Under the pieces are notes generated by a model, which worked only from the letters and a program-made list of their open reading frames with translations, ran no database searches and was not told where the DNA came from. DNA of 64,000 nucleotides from NCBI RefSeq assembly GCF_009834535.1, contig NC_045696.1:28274001-28338000 (forward strand), in the 5' to 3' direction. A program made the position numbers and the translations under genes. The DNA comes from Camelus ferus. Taxonomy: Eukaryota. Below are positions 27,866-40,944 of the stretch, piece after piece. The first letter of the stretch is position 1. Each line of letters opens with the position of its first letter.

Positions 27866-27885
27866 TATATATGTATGTATATATA
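27775..27885. repeat. Compound (TG)n(TA)n(CA)n microsatellite
   Basis: Direct reading. Confidence 0.95.
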
Positions 27886-28822
27886 AAAGATTAGTCACTG
27901 TTTCCCGCTCAGCAATAATAGTATATCTGGGGAAAAAATTCTCTGATAAATACTTCTCACATTTTCATCAGTTGCAGAACTGGAGATGCAAACAGATAGT
28001 AGTTCCAGGCCTGAAAATTACCATGGCCTCAGTTTATCCTCTATAAATAGACTGTCAAGATTCTTTGTAAATACAGTTGTGTCAATACAAATTATTTTTA
28101 ATCTCATGTTACAACAATTGTTTGAATATTTTATTCTTAGCAGTAAACATGCCTTCACAAGTTTACAACTTAAAATCTGTTTTTAAAATTAGCTACCTTG
28201 GATAACTATTAAAAAATCAAAAATAATATTTTTAATCAAATGTAATCCCACAACTCAGAGATAATGAGTTTGAATTTTGATATTTTTTGTTTCTGGTTTT
28301 TTTCTATGCATAAATGTGTTTAAAATACAATTTTACAGTATTTCATATTTGTACTTTCATACATATTCATTTGGTAATTATTTATATAGTTCTTCCTAAA
28401 ATAAAAAAAAAACTAAATGTTGGAACTCATAGTTGGAATGCGTCTTAATAATTATGTATTCCTACATCCCTTTATAACGTTCTTCAGAGGTCCTCCTAGC
28501 ATCATTCCAACATCAAAACATCCCTTAAAAATCTTCTGAGTGCCCCTTATCTTAAGGATAAGGAGACAATTTTGCCTTATGATTTGCGATTCCATTTTAG
28601 ACAGCTCTAATTTTATGTTAGACTTACTTCACTGCCACCCATTGGCTATATTTCTGTCCTCTAAAATTACAGAGAAGAGGAAAAATTTCCTTAGAGTAGG
28701 AGAATCTCACCTCCAGGCTAAACAACTATTGTTTCATCAATGACGCCATGTATGGGATTGTGCTTATCTTTGCTTCTGGTGGCTCTTGTTTGACAAATCA
28801 AGAGACTTCTTTTTTCTTCTTC

Positions 28823-29225
28823 TTTTTTTTTTTTTTAATAGATGTTATTCTTTTAGAGCAGTTTCAGGTTCACAACAGAACTGAGCAGAAAATACAGACA
28901 GTTGGCGTATAGCCCTCCCTACTCAGACATATACTCTTCCCTACACTCAGCATCCCTCATCAGTGTGGCATATTTGGTACAATCGATGAACCAACATGGA
29001 CACATTATTATCAACCAAAGCCCTTACTTTACATTAGGGTTCACTCTTGATGTTGTGCATTCTATGAGTTTTGAAAAATGCATAATGACATGTAGCCACC
29101 ACTATAGTATAATACAGAATAACTTCATTGCCCTAAAAATCCCTTGTGCTACATCTATTCATTCCTCCCTCCCTCTCTCCAAACTCCTGGAAACCACGAT
29201 CTTTTTATTGTTGTTGTAGCTGTTC
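28823..29225 (-). mobile_element. L1MC-like 3'UTR fragment
   Basis: PolyT then ttttagagcagtttcaggttcacaacagaactgagcagaaaatacaga...ttagggttcactcttgatgttgtgcattcta; antisense homologue of ~32660-33050. Confidence 0.88.
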
Positions 29226-29249
29226 CTCAAAGAAGTTATTTTTCATACG

Positions 29250-29470
29250 GGCTCTGTATTCAGAGAGCCTGGTATTAAATCCCGCCTCAGCAAGTTACTA
29301 GCTTAAGCAAGGTATTTAATCTTTCTAAGACTCAGTTTCCAAATCTGTGAAACAGGGGTAACAATTGTACCAAAATATAAAGTCGTGTAAGGACTACATT
29401 AGTTAATATACACGAAGTGCTTAGTGCAGTGGCTGGCACAGTAAGTGCTTAATGCATGTTAACTATGATT
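29250..29470 (+). mobile_element. MIR SINE
   Basis: gcaaggtatttaatctttctaagactcagtttccaaatctgtgaaacaggggtaacaat...aagtgcttagtgcagtggctggcacagtaagtgcttaa. Confidence 0.85.
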
Positions 29471-29754
29471 AATTTATCCCAGTTATTCATTTACTTTCAT
29501 GGTTTCCACTATTAACAATGTATTGATGACTCTATTCATTGTCCCCAAATGTATCAAGCTTCAGATACATATAACCAGCTCTTGTAGATATCTGAGCCTG
29601 AACTTCTTATGAATTATCTCCCACCCTTCCAAGGCTGCTTGTCTGGCACCAACTAGCCACTCACTTAGGTAGGATCCTAGGAATAACATATGCCTCTTTC
29701 CCTCTTTCCCGCTACATCTCTTGTCCCCTTGTCTCTTCTGCCTCACATCCCACA

Positions 29755-30202
29755 TTCAACTGGCTTAAATTATCTCCCCTCCAAAAGATATTTTGAAATC
29801 CTAACCCCTGGTACTTGTAAATGTGACCTTATCTGGAAACAGAGTCTTTGCAAGTGTCATCAAGGTACGATGAGGCCATACTGGATTAGAGTCGGTCTGA
29901 ACTGTCAATGACTGATCCCCTTAAATGAGAAAAAATACAGAGATGCTGAAGACATAGACAGGGGCTATGTGAAGATGGAAGAAGAGAAGTGAATGATCCA
30001 ATTACAATATAAGAAAAGCCAGGGATTGCCAGCCATCACTGGAATCTAGGAAGTGGAAAGGAAGGGTTTCCCCTAGAACTTTTATAGATAGGCTGGTCCT
30101 GCTGACACTTGATTTCAGACTTCTTGCCTCCAGAAATGTGACAATAAATTCCTATCTTACGTTCATGGTGCTTTGTTCCAACAGCCCCTAGGAAACTAAT
30201 AT
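29755..30202 (+). mobile_element. MLT1 (MLT1C-like) MaLR solo LTR
   Basis: cctccaaaagatattttgaaatcctaacccctggtacttgtaaatgtgaccttatctggaaacagagtctttgca ... acagcccctaggaaactaatata. Confidence 0.9.
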
Positions 30203-30679
30203 AAACTGAGTTTTCAATTTTGCTTTTATAATATCTCTTGAATTCTTTTCCATCTCCAGTAGTGATTCCAATTTGGCCACCAAGTTGTCTCTCCAAATAA
30301 TGCCTCTGCTCCTGGTCTTTCTTAAAGGTCACAGAAATGATAAAACAGGAATAAACAGAAAATCACAGATAAACGTGATGGAAAGCTAAGCTATATTTAT
30401 GCAGACTGAAGAATATGTTCACCGGTCAGTATATGCTTAACTAGAAATTTGAGTTCATATTAATGGACTGATAGTAAGCTGTTAGTCTATGAAGTTGCTA
30501 ATTTTCAAACTTGAAGACATGTTGGTGTGATAATATTTGTGTGATTTGCTTCTTTATTTTTTTCAAAGGTGACTTCACAAGAGAGATTTAACTGACCATT
30601 TATTTCTTTCAAATTGTGGATTGGTGGAGCCAGACTCTTATCTGCTTTAAATATTATCTATGTGCTGGTGACTGTCTAA

Positions 30680-31472
30680 TTTGTATCACCATACTGACTT
30701 CTACATTTAAATGATTACTTGACATTTCCACTCGTATTTCTTATAAGCTATGAAACCTAATGTGGGCAAAATGGAACTTCATGTTTTTAACCAAACCTGC
30801 TCTTCCCTAAGTGTGTCCCATTCAATTCTATAACACCTACATTCATCAAGTGCTTAGATCAAAATTTACAGTGTCGTACTTGTTTCCTCTTTCATATCTC
30901 ATCTTCTGACATTTAATCCATCTTCTCTGCTTTATCTTCAGAATACATCCAAAATGCAGTTACTTTCCAAAACCTCCATGGCTCCATTCAAACCTGTGGC
31001 CCTGTTATCTTTGCACTAGACTGCGGTGAAGGTACCCTAAATGGTGTCTCTACTTCTATTTTGGCCCCAGGCAAGACACAATATTTGTTCTCCATGAGCT
31101 TCCAGATGATTCTTTAAAAATATAAATCATATAATATCACTTACTATCTACTCAAATCCTCTGCTGGGTCCTGATATCTTTAAAATACAATCTATGGCCT
31201 TGAACAGGGCTTGCATGGCCCTACCTGACCCAGTGCTTGCAATGACCCCTGCTTTATGTCTTCTCACTCTTCCTAAGGAACACTTTCCCAGCTTTCAAGG
31301 CAACTTTGCTTTTTTTTGAAAAAAAAAAAAAATCAAAGATGATTCTCTTCAGAATATTTGCACTTGCAGTTTCCTTTTCCTGAACTATTTGTCCTCAATC
31401 TATTTCCATGGTTTGCCTCTATATTTTTTCAAAGGTCACCTCACAAGGGAGATTTAACTGACCATTTATTTT
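30680..31472 (+). mobile_element. L2 LINE remnant (5' part, interrupted by L1)
   Basis: L2-like ttctttaaaaatataaatcatataatatcac... and tttgcacttgcagtttccttttcctgaac; appears to continue at ~33233. Confidence 0.75.
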
Positions 31473-31480
31473 AAATCTTC

Positions 31481-33050
31481 ACATGACTTTTAGATTTACT
31501 ATAAAGTTACAGTAATCAAGACGGTGTGGTATTGGCAAAAGAATAGACAAGTAGATCAATGAAACACTTAAGAAGTAGATTCACACAAGTAGAGTCAATA
31601 GTCTTTGATGAAGGAGCAAAGGCAAGACAATGCAGAAATGATAGTCTTTTCAAAAATGGTGCTAGAACAACTGGACATTGACATGCAAAAATCTGAAACC
31701 AAATCTCAAATAGACCTTAAGCCCTTTACAAAAATTAACTCAAAATAGATCATATGCCTAAACGTAAAATGCAAAACTGTAAAAATCTTAGAAGACAACA
31801 CAGGAGGAAACCTAGACAACCTTGGGTGTGGGGGTGACTTTTTAAATAAAAACCAAATGTGTGACCCATGAAAAAATAACTGACAAGCTGGATTATGTTA
31901 AAATTAAAAAATTCTGGTCCATGAAAGATGCTGTTAAGAGAATTAGAAGATAAACTACAGACAGGGAGAAAATGTTTTTAAAAGGCATATCTGATAAAGA
32001 ACTGTTATCCAAAATATACAAAGAACTCTTAAAATTTAATAATAAGAAAACAAACAACTTGATGAAAAAATGGGCAAAAGATCTGAACAAACACCTCAAT
32101 AGGGAAGAAAAACAGATAAGAAATAAGCATATGAAAAGATGCCCAGCATTATATGCCATTAAAGAATTGCAACTTAAAACAACAATGGGATACCACTCAA
32201 TGCCTATCAAGATGGCAAAACCCCCAAACACTGAGAGTATTAAATGCAGAGGATCATGTGGGCATAAGAATTCTCATTCATTGCTGATGGGAATGAATGG
32301 TCTGCCACTTAGGAAGTGGTACACCCACTTAGGAAGATATTTGGACAGTTTTTACAAAGTTATGCATACAATCCAGCAATTACACTCCTTGGTATTTACC
32401 CAAAGGAGCTAAAAACTTACGACCACCCAAATACCAGCACACAGATGTTTATAGCAGCTTTATTCATAATTCCAAAACTTGGAAGCAAAAAGACGTCCTT
32501 CAGTAGGTGAATGAATAGATAGTGTTAAATCCAGACAGTGAAACATTGTTCAGTGCTAAAAGAGTTATCAAACCATGGAAAGACATGGAGGAACTTAAGT
32601 GTATATTATTAAGTGAAAGAAGCCAATCTGAGAAGACGTCATGACTCCAACTATATAACGTTCTGTAAAAGGTAGCGCTATGTAGACAGTAAAAAGGTCA
32701 GTGGTTTCCAGGGGCTGGGAAAAAGGAAGGACGAATAAGATGAGTACAGAGCATTTTAGTATCATATTCTGCAGGATGCTATAATGGTGAATATGTGCTA
32801 TTGTACATTTGTCAAAATCTGTAGAATGTACAACACCAAGAGAGAACCCTAATGTAAACTACGGACTCTGAGTGATAAAGATGTGTCAATATAGGTTCAT
32901 CGATGATAAATTGTATTGTTCTGGTGAAAGATGTCAGTGGGGTTGGGTGTGGGAGCAGGGAGTCTATGGTAACTCTCTGTACTTTCTGCTCAATTGTTTT
33001 GTGAACTTAAAACTATTCTAAAAATAGAGTTAATTAAAAAAAAAAAAAAA
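31481..33050 (+). mobile_element. 5'-truncated old L1 (L1MC-like): ORF2 3' part, 3'UTR and polyA
   Basis: ORF 31972-32412 (ISDKELLSKIYKELLKFNNKKTNNLMKKWAKDLNKHL) and ORF 32316-32510 (YNPAITLLGIYPKELKT) are frameshifted ORF2 remnants; polyA at 33036-33050. Confidence 0.95.
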
Positions 33051-33232
33051 GGATTACCAGAGCTTATATCTTGGTCAGAGATTTTCCACAAGAAAGGAGT
33101 GACCAAATGAATTTTTTTGTTGTTAAATATCAGACTTTGGAATTGTAAAGTACCTGTAATTTTTCTTTGGGCATCAATAGTCTTAAATCAGACTCTGGAA
33201 AAGTGGACAAATAAAAACAAATTTTTCTACAA

Positions 33233-33462
33233 AAATCCTCTCTTAAACCTAGTCTCTTATTCCACTCTACTTTTTGTCATAGCACTCACCAGTAATTGAC
33301 ACATAATGATATTTCATTTATTTATTGTCTGTCTGCCATGGGAAAATGTGAGGGACCCACATGCGATCTGGGACTTGGTCAGTGTTATTCACGGCTGTGA
33401 ATCCTTTGCTTCTAACATCCTGCCCAGCACTGAGGTATTCAAAACGACCTGTGGAATGAAAG
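33233..33462 (+). mobile_element. L2 3' end (continuation of the interrupted L2)
   Basis: tttttgtcatagcactcacc...ttatttattgtctgtctgcc...tgcccagcactgaggtattcaaaacgacctgtggaatgaa. Confidence 0.7.
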
Positions 33463-35284
33463 GAGTGGGAGAAAATGGAGTTGAATTATTCTTATATTAT
33501 TAATGTTTTGCTTGTTTAAAAAATATCTGGAGTAATTATCCCAAACAATGAAGGCAATTAGATTTGGGTACATTTTAATAACTGAAGAAAGTTAAAATCT
33601 CTGTAAATACCTAGAGTAAGTTAAGAATTTAGTGAAAGTTTGGGAGAGAAAACATCAACAACTTGGAGGGAAAAAAAACAACGAATGTAATTAAATTTTC
33701 CGATTGGTGCAGGAAGCACATATCGACTTTTGAATTATTTCTATAGAATGCCTGATTGTGGCTTTGGGGTGTTTGTGTGTAAAATAACATACCAGACCTA
33801 TGCATTTTGGATAAGAATCCTTTCTACCTTGTTAATAGCATGCCATCTTATTCATCAGGAATAACACAAGTAGCATGAAATATTTTCATTGTATGTCTAG
33901 GATTTTCATATATAAATATTTCTAGATTTTCAGACACAGTGTTTCTCATTCCTGTTTAGTTCCAATACTATGAAATTACCTCTATCTCTTGTCTGTTAAC
34001 CTAGGTTGAGGTTACTGTACTTCAGTTTAATTTTGAATGTAGCCTGAGGCAGAGGCCAGAGCCGTGCTGTGTCCTAGTGAGCTCAGCTGGTTTTATTCCG
34101 GTTCTTTGTGAAGAATTGCCTGCCTCACAGAAAACACCAACCTAATTGGTACCCTCGCTGTTTGTATCTAGGGAAAAGCTGCAAACTGAATGCACATCAA
34201 CTGATGCTCAAGAATAAACAGAAAACATTGTTAACAAGATGATTTGTATCTCTAAAGAAATATGAAACAGATCAATACAGTCTAGAAACTGAAAAAAGCC
34301 GAATGTGATTTTGGAATGTCTTTACATTTTTAGGGTTTTTTCATTGAGTAATTTAAAGTTTCCAGTTGAGAAAATCGAGAGGCCTGAAATAAATTCTGAC
34401 ATAGTTCATTTTAGACAGAGTCCCATGTTTCCTTCAAAAACGGATAAAGTTGATTAAGTAAGACCAGCTATTTCTTTAAAAAGTATTTGACAGATATTTC
34501 AGTGAAATACATTATCTGATTATTTGGAGTTTATTACAGAATCCATCTAAGCCATTTCTGGACATTAATTCAGTATAGACTATATTTCCATCCTTTTATT
34601 GTTTCTCTTCTGAGGATATAAAGGACTCGATGCTAAGTTAGCATGTTCAACCTTAGCCTGACATCTGCAAATATATTTCAAAACCTCTCAATATTTTAAT
34701 CATTTAGGATGGCAATGCATTCCTAGAAGTCCCAAATAGTTACTGAGGGATGAATTTTTTTTGTAAATAATAAAAGTTCTAAAACTAAGTGAATCCCTGG
34801 GTTAGTGCTTCCAAACTCCTTTTAGATAGTTCTTGAAAAAGAACTTTGGGAAATTAATGTCCAGTCCGAGATACATATGCCTTACATTAAATTATTAAAG
34901 GCATTCATGAGACATGTAATTTTAAACAAAACAGTTTGCCCAAAAATATTCATTCATAGAGGTCTTTTTCCTGATACAGTAATTAACAAACCTCTGGTTA
35001 ATAAAAACAACATGAAGAACTATAAAACTGATCCAACGTGTAAAAAGGTTAGACTATTCTGCTTGTCCTTTACTGCAAGTACTTTCAAGTGACTACCTCG
35101 AAGTACCTTGGACCATGGAGACTGCGCCAAGTGATTGCAACAGATGTTCTGAACCCCCAGAGAGGTAGGAGGAGACCGGGTTACCCCTTGGCATTGTTCT
35201 GGGAATCTATATCACCATGTTTCCGTAAGGTGAAATTGGTGACTCTCATCATCAAACCATCGTCATCACTGGCGTCACATTATT

Positions 35285-35495
35285 AGATGACCTTACAGTG
35301 GGCACTGGGCTAACACTTTATGTTCATTGCTTCACTTAATACACAGAACAGTTCTTCCATAAGACAGCTGTTCTTAACATGTCCATTTTACACATAAGGA
35401 ATCTGGGACCCAGGGAGGTTAAGACACTGGCTCAGGGAAACACTGTTAGAAACTGAGAACCATAAAACAAGCCTAGGCTGTTTAACTCCAAAGTT
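35285..35495 (-). mobile_element. MIR SINE
   Basis: ggcactgggctaacactttatg...ccattttacacataaggaatctgggacccagggaggttaagacactggctcaggg. Confidence 0.8.
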
Positions 35496-36123
35496 TCACA
35501 AGTACAGTGATTGTGATTTTATTTCTCAGAACCAATGTTTCAGATTAAGATTAAGAAACCTTCAGTCATTACTCTGTTTTGCTGATGTACTTTAGGCCCT
35601 GCCATAACCATACTGACTATTTAAAAAATGCCAAGTTCCTTGAAAAATAAGCGTCTGCCTTTTTACACATAAAATTTATTTAGAAAAGCTAAAATTTTAG
35701 ATAGCAAAATTAGATAGAGAATAACTACCTGAGAAAAACATTAAGAGATACATTGCACTATCATTTGTGTTTATTTCCTTCCCCTATTTTGCTTATAAAA
35801 AATATTTGTGTGCAAGTATTATAAATATACAGGAAGAATAGTTGATTTTCACTTACAAATATTTTATGAATATTTCTGTATGAAGGATTACAAATGTGCC
35901 ATCACTTAAATAACTGAACAGTGTTCCTTGAAATGGATGTACAATAGCTATTTACTCAATCTTCAGTTCCTAGATATACAGATGTATGTAAACATTTAAA
36001 ATTTATATTTGGGGGTCTTTCGGTCCCCCTTAATTTCAGAGAACATTTATTAAGTTTTCTAAGAACTATTTCTAAAGCTTTGCTTTGCCTGAGATGATAG
36101 AGAAAAAAATTACCACCCTTCAG

Positions 36124-36209
36124 GTGTGTGTGTGTGTGTGTGTGTGTAGTGTGTGTGTGTGTGCTCGCGCGCGCGCGCGCGTGCGCGTGAGAAAGAGAGA
36201 GAGAGGGAG
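36124..36209. repeat. Compound (TG)n-(CG)n-(AG)n microsatellite
   Basis: Direct reading. Confidence 0.95.
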
Positions 36210-37623
36210 AATGTGAGTGTTTAACTCACAAAGCACTGACAGTTTTCTCCCAAACAGCCCCCACGCTCCAAGCTCTCCAACTCCCTTACATAGCCTGGAG
36301 GCAGATGCTGAGTAGGGCAGACAGAGTTACTGCCACAGCAGTTTGGCATTGCCTGTGTAAATGACTTAGCATCTTGCTCTATGTACTTGGGAATAACTAT
36401 CATTTTCACCTTCGAGTCTCTGTTGAAACACTAGGAATGGAAGGAAAAAATCAAACACTTTGGGATGGAGTTCAGACACACTGATATCTAATTATGTTCC
36501 TTATCTCTGAACTAGACTCAAAATACATAAGCAAAAAACTTAAAACTCTGTTCTTGGTCTTTCCCACTGTAACATTCAGGGTACTTTGGCTGCTAATGAC
36601 ACAGAATGACCCTAAGTGACTAACAGAAACGGAAGGATAAAATTGCATCAAAGGTTAACAACAGTTAGTGAAAATAAAAACAAAAACTAAGAACCAGAAG
36701 TGGAACAGACAGTAATGAAGATGATAATATAGAAGGCTGGTCACCTAAGAGCCACCACTGGAATATTTGAAATTCAACTGGAGACTGATATTTACAGAAG
36801 GAGTCTGATGTCAGGAGCTTCCAGGCATTCCTTTCATTTCTTTGATGGGAGAAAACAATACCCTGCTTTACCTTCTCACTCCTACAGGGCAGGCTGTGTG
36901 GGAGAGATGATGTCCCAGAGGGAAATCGGGTGCTGCTGTGCACGGGTCACGGAAAATAGGAGGCCAGAAGCAACACAAGTCAACTACACACTCGGAAACA
37001 CTTCTCCTGCAGCTCAGCACTGGAAAATCTTGAAACATTCAATATTTGAACACAATGTTCGAACATTCCAAGGGAGTCAGCACTAGAAAAATTGTATTAA
37101 ATGGTAAAATTGGTTAGACTTTATTCAGCCTACCTAATCAACTTATAGTAACTTTACTCAAATGTAATATAGATGAAAATCTCTGTATGAGCTGTTTTTA
37201 CATCAAAAACAACCTCAGAAAGAAAATCTATAATGGAAAGCATGTACTTTGATTCTACTGTCAAATAGGACTTAAAGCATAAAAATAGTAATTTAATTTG
37301 CAATATGGCAGAAATCCCTACCATGCAAAATAAACAACCTTAAATGTAGAGTGTCTGGAAAATTCTGTTACAGACCCCTGGTTCTTAATGTCATTTCATG
37401 TTACCCACTGAAACACCATTTTGAACATGATGAATGTATGTCACGAATGACAAGTGAAAAAGATCAACCCTTAACATTTTTTTTAATGTGTCAGTCAGAA
37501 CCTCTCTTGATGATGAATTAATGTTAATGAGGTTTGATGAATGAAATGAGGCACATTACTGTGGAGAGACACTCATTGTTGAAGAATTGGTAGATAGGAG
37601 ACAGGAGGCCTTAGCTTACTGTG

Positions 37624-38060
37624 GAATATTACTCTAGGAACTTTAAATAGAAGAAACACAAATACTGAAGCACAACATCCTCTGAGACATCAGTGACCTG
37701 AGAAGAATTATTATTCTCTTCATCTCTTTACTATGATATCACCTTAGAGCTCTGATGGACCCTAAGGGAATATAACAGGAAATTTAAAGGCAAGTTCTTC
37801 TAGAGGGAATGTTTCAAATGGTTTTCTCTGTCCAATTCTCTGTCCTAGAATATTACTCTAGGAACTTTAAATGGAAGAAACACAAATACTGAAGCACAAC
37901 ATCCTCTGAGACATCAGTAACCTGAGAAGAATTATTGTTCTCTTCATCTCTTTACTATGATATCACCTTAGAGCTCTGATGGACCCTAAGGGAATATAAC
38001 AGGAAATTTAAAGGCAAGTTCTTCTAGAGGGAATGTTTCAAATGGTTTTCTCTGTCCAAT
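37624..38060 (+). repeat. Tandem duplication, 2 x 213 bp with an 11-bp junction insert
   Basis: 37624-37836 matches 37848-38060 apart from 3 A/G differences found by eye; spacer tctctgtccta at 37837-37847. Confidence 0.97.
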
Positions 38061-39239
38061 CATACTGGAAAAAAACGTTTTCTCAATGAGTTAGCATGCT
38101 GATATCGCCCTGTAGGCCATCCTGGGACTCTGTCGAATATTACTCCATTACTTAGCATGGACAAGCAGGGCTGGGCTTGAAACCAAGTGGAGGAGTCCAC
38201 GGATACTTCTCTGGAGACAGTTCAATCTCTAGGTTTTTAATCTGTTATCGGTAGGACAGTGGCAAGTCGGGGATTAGCAGTTTAATAAGACATGATGGTG
38301 AGACACCTCAAGAAATAGGCAAAGTGGTACTAAGAGGTGCACAGTGGCAGGTGGCCCAGTAGCTCACCGGTTGGCACCATAACTTTGTATTATTTACCTA
38401 GCTGAGGGGCAAGATTGAGCCATACTACTAAGAAAATAAAATTATACGAAATGTAAAAAAATTGAAGACTGAAAAATAAAAGAATGTGAGCACAGATAGG
38501 AAATCTGAGGATAGTTTCATAAGGTGAAAGCTGGAATTTGGGAAAAAGAGAGATTATTACTATTACTTTAACTGGGATTGAGAAACATGTACTAAGTTAA
38601 CCCAGGGTCAGTTAGCATGAATGTTACAGGGCTGAACCGCAGAATGTCAGAGTGGGGCTCAGTCCCACTGGGCAATTCTTAAAAACCTGTTGACAACTTG
38701 AATGGATTTCCTTCTCCCTAAATCTTCAGAGTTCAAGTAATTCCTCCTGATCTAGTGACCACTCTCTTACAATTTCCTTATTCTTATATGATTTCTTCCC
38801 AATTTATATACTTTTGACATAGAACCAGATATTTCTTCCTTTCTGTCCTTTCAGATTTCTGTCCTCTTTGGCTTTACCAGTCAGCAGTTTTTGTTGAATG
38901 ACCTTAAAAATGTTGTATAAACAGGCGGTTCATCAAATGGCAGCAAATGATGGGGTTCACCCAGCTATCAGGCATCAGCAAGCAAGCAATGGTTTACTTA
39001 GCTTTAAGGAGACAGGTTGGGAGGTGAAGAAGAAGACAGAGAGGAGATAAATAGCCTAGAGAAACTTGTCCTTATGGCAGTTGGAGAAGACTACATTAGC
39101 AGTTCCCGAGAACTGATCTGTGTGTAAGTAAGTCGGGTATTTTTAAAGTTTCACGTGATTCTCTTGTGCAGCTAGGAATGAAAACTCCTGTTAGAGCATT
39201 TGTGAACTTAACATGTAGGGGTAAAAAAATTAATCTGTG

Positions 39240-39729
39240 AACAGTTAGGGTCTCAAAGAGCTTTCCAATGGAGTCCCAAGATCAAAACTATTTAAATAAT
39301 AATTGCATGAGGTCATTTGCCTTTTTCACTTGTATTCTCTCATGACTGTAAAGTATGTTTCCTCAGTGGCTACATGATACGTAAACCAATAGATGGAAAG
39401 TAGAAACAGAAAGATGAATACACCTGTCTTTTATTAAGACAGATTTTAACAAAGCTTGTAAAACGATCTGATAGTTTTACAAGAGAACACATACACTAAA
39501 TACAAACTACTCACAAATTTTTAAAAAAATAGAGCTATTTAAAACATGCATTATTTATGTTAAGTAAGGATTTATTTTTAAATGAATGAATAAAGAAATC
39601 TCATTTCAGTTTTAGTTTCTACAATGAATGCTGATTGATTTCATCCAAATAAACAGTCATTCTTCAGAGCTCTTAATAATTTTAGGAGTATAAAGAGTTA
39701 TTGAGACTAAAAATATTGAGAACTGCTGC
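39240..39729. mobile_element. hAT-Charlie-type DNA transposon remnant
   Basis: gatcaaaactatttaaaataata...catttgcctttttcact... ending gagactaaaaatattgagaactgctg, a Charlie-like terminus. Confidence 0.65.
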
Positions 39730-40673
39730 TCTGTGGAGTGATAGATGCTTCAAGGCTTTTGAGAGACTCAAAAGCTTCTATATATATAGAAACTTTCTAC
39801 AGATCTGTTTAAAGAAATGTGCTAGGCAGAGGTGATATTTACCAATGCAACACATAGCTGAGCACTTTACATTTAATAAGATGCATATTCATATCTAACA
39901 CAGTATGCTGAACACTTTCAACTTATTTATCTGTCTGTTCCTTTGGAAGATTGTTAGGGATTTTCCATCGGAACCCCAGCTTCCACCCAGGAGCGACTGA
40001 CCGTTGTTGCTCCATCTGCGCTGGGGAGAGCGCTTCAAGCTCTCAGGGCTTGATGGCATTAGGCAATAAAATATCCAATTAACTGCTCTTGCTTGATTCC
40101 CATGTTGACTGTGAAGTCATATAATTATAATTTAACTTGCCTGTAGGGAAGGAATATGCTGATCAGTAAATAGAAGTATTCATTCCTCTTGATAGCTATA
40201 TGTTTTATTTAATAATAATTAGGCCTCACTTGGTTATCTTGTAAATTAGACTCTTGCGAGTGCAGTCAGCCTGACTTAATGTCCTGGACTGAGGGACTCA
40301 GGGTGCACCTATACCCACGTTTCTGAGCCTGAAAAAACTGAATGCCATGCCCTAGAAATGGAATTCCAGTCAAATAAGGACCCTTCAGGAAAGCCACCCT
40401 TCCCTTCTTTCTTGCATCCTCCAGAATAAGATTGCATAAGTAATGTATTTAATTTAAATCACTACTCCTTAAGCCATCACTGGAGTTTAACATAGAGATA
40501 TTTGAAATAATAAAAACCATTTCTCTCTTCTCTGAGCTGTTATTAGAAATCTGTACAGGTAATCTTAAATTTGCCTGAATAAATTAGATTGGTTTTAAAA
40601 CACAATGACAAAAAAAACCAAAAAAACAAAAAACAAAACACTTCATTACAGCACCACTCAAACTTTATAAATT

Positions 40674-40679
40674 TTTATT
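40674..40679 (-). terminator. Candidate polyadenylation signal of the cTAGE-like locus
   Basis: AATAAA on the minus strand (a second at 40773-40778), with a GU/U-rich tract ~35-70 nt downstream (40610-40640). Confidence 0.5.
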
Positions 40680-40944
40680 AAATGGTCTAAAATCATTGGA
40701 TAATTTAGAGGAGTTGACATTTTGCACTCTTTTTTTGATAAATTGTTCATTAAGAATTGCATTAAATTAAACTTTATTTGAAAAAAACTTACAAACTATA
40801 AACTTATAAACTGTATGAATGAAAATTCAATTATGTTATAGGAGCTAAACTTAAAAGATAAGAATCAAAGTTATCTTCAAAAGAGAACACATATGCAGAC
40901 GTTGTGCTGTGGTTGTGAGTGTCGACCAGCTGCTGTGAGCTGAG

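Noticed and set aside
27664..28046. ORFs with YI/CV repeats
   Set aside because: Translation of a dinucleotide microsatellite.
37624..38060. CRISPR-like or satellite array
   Set aside because: Only two long copies and no repeat-spacer periodicity; the DNA is mammalian.
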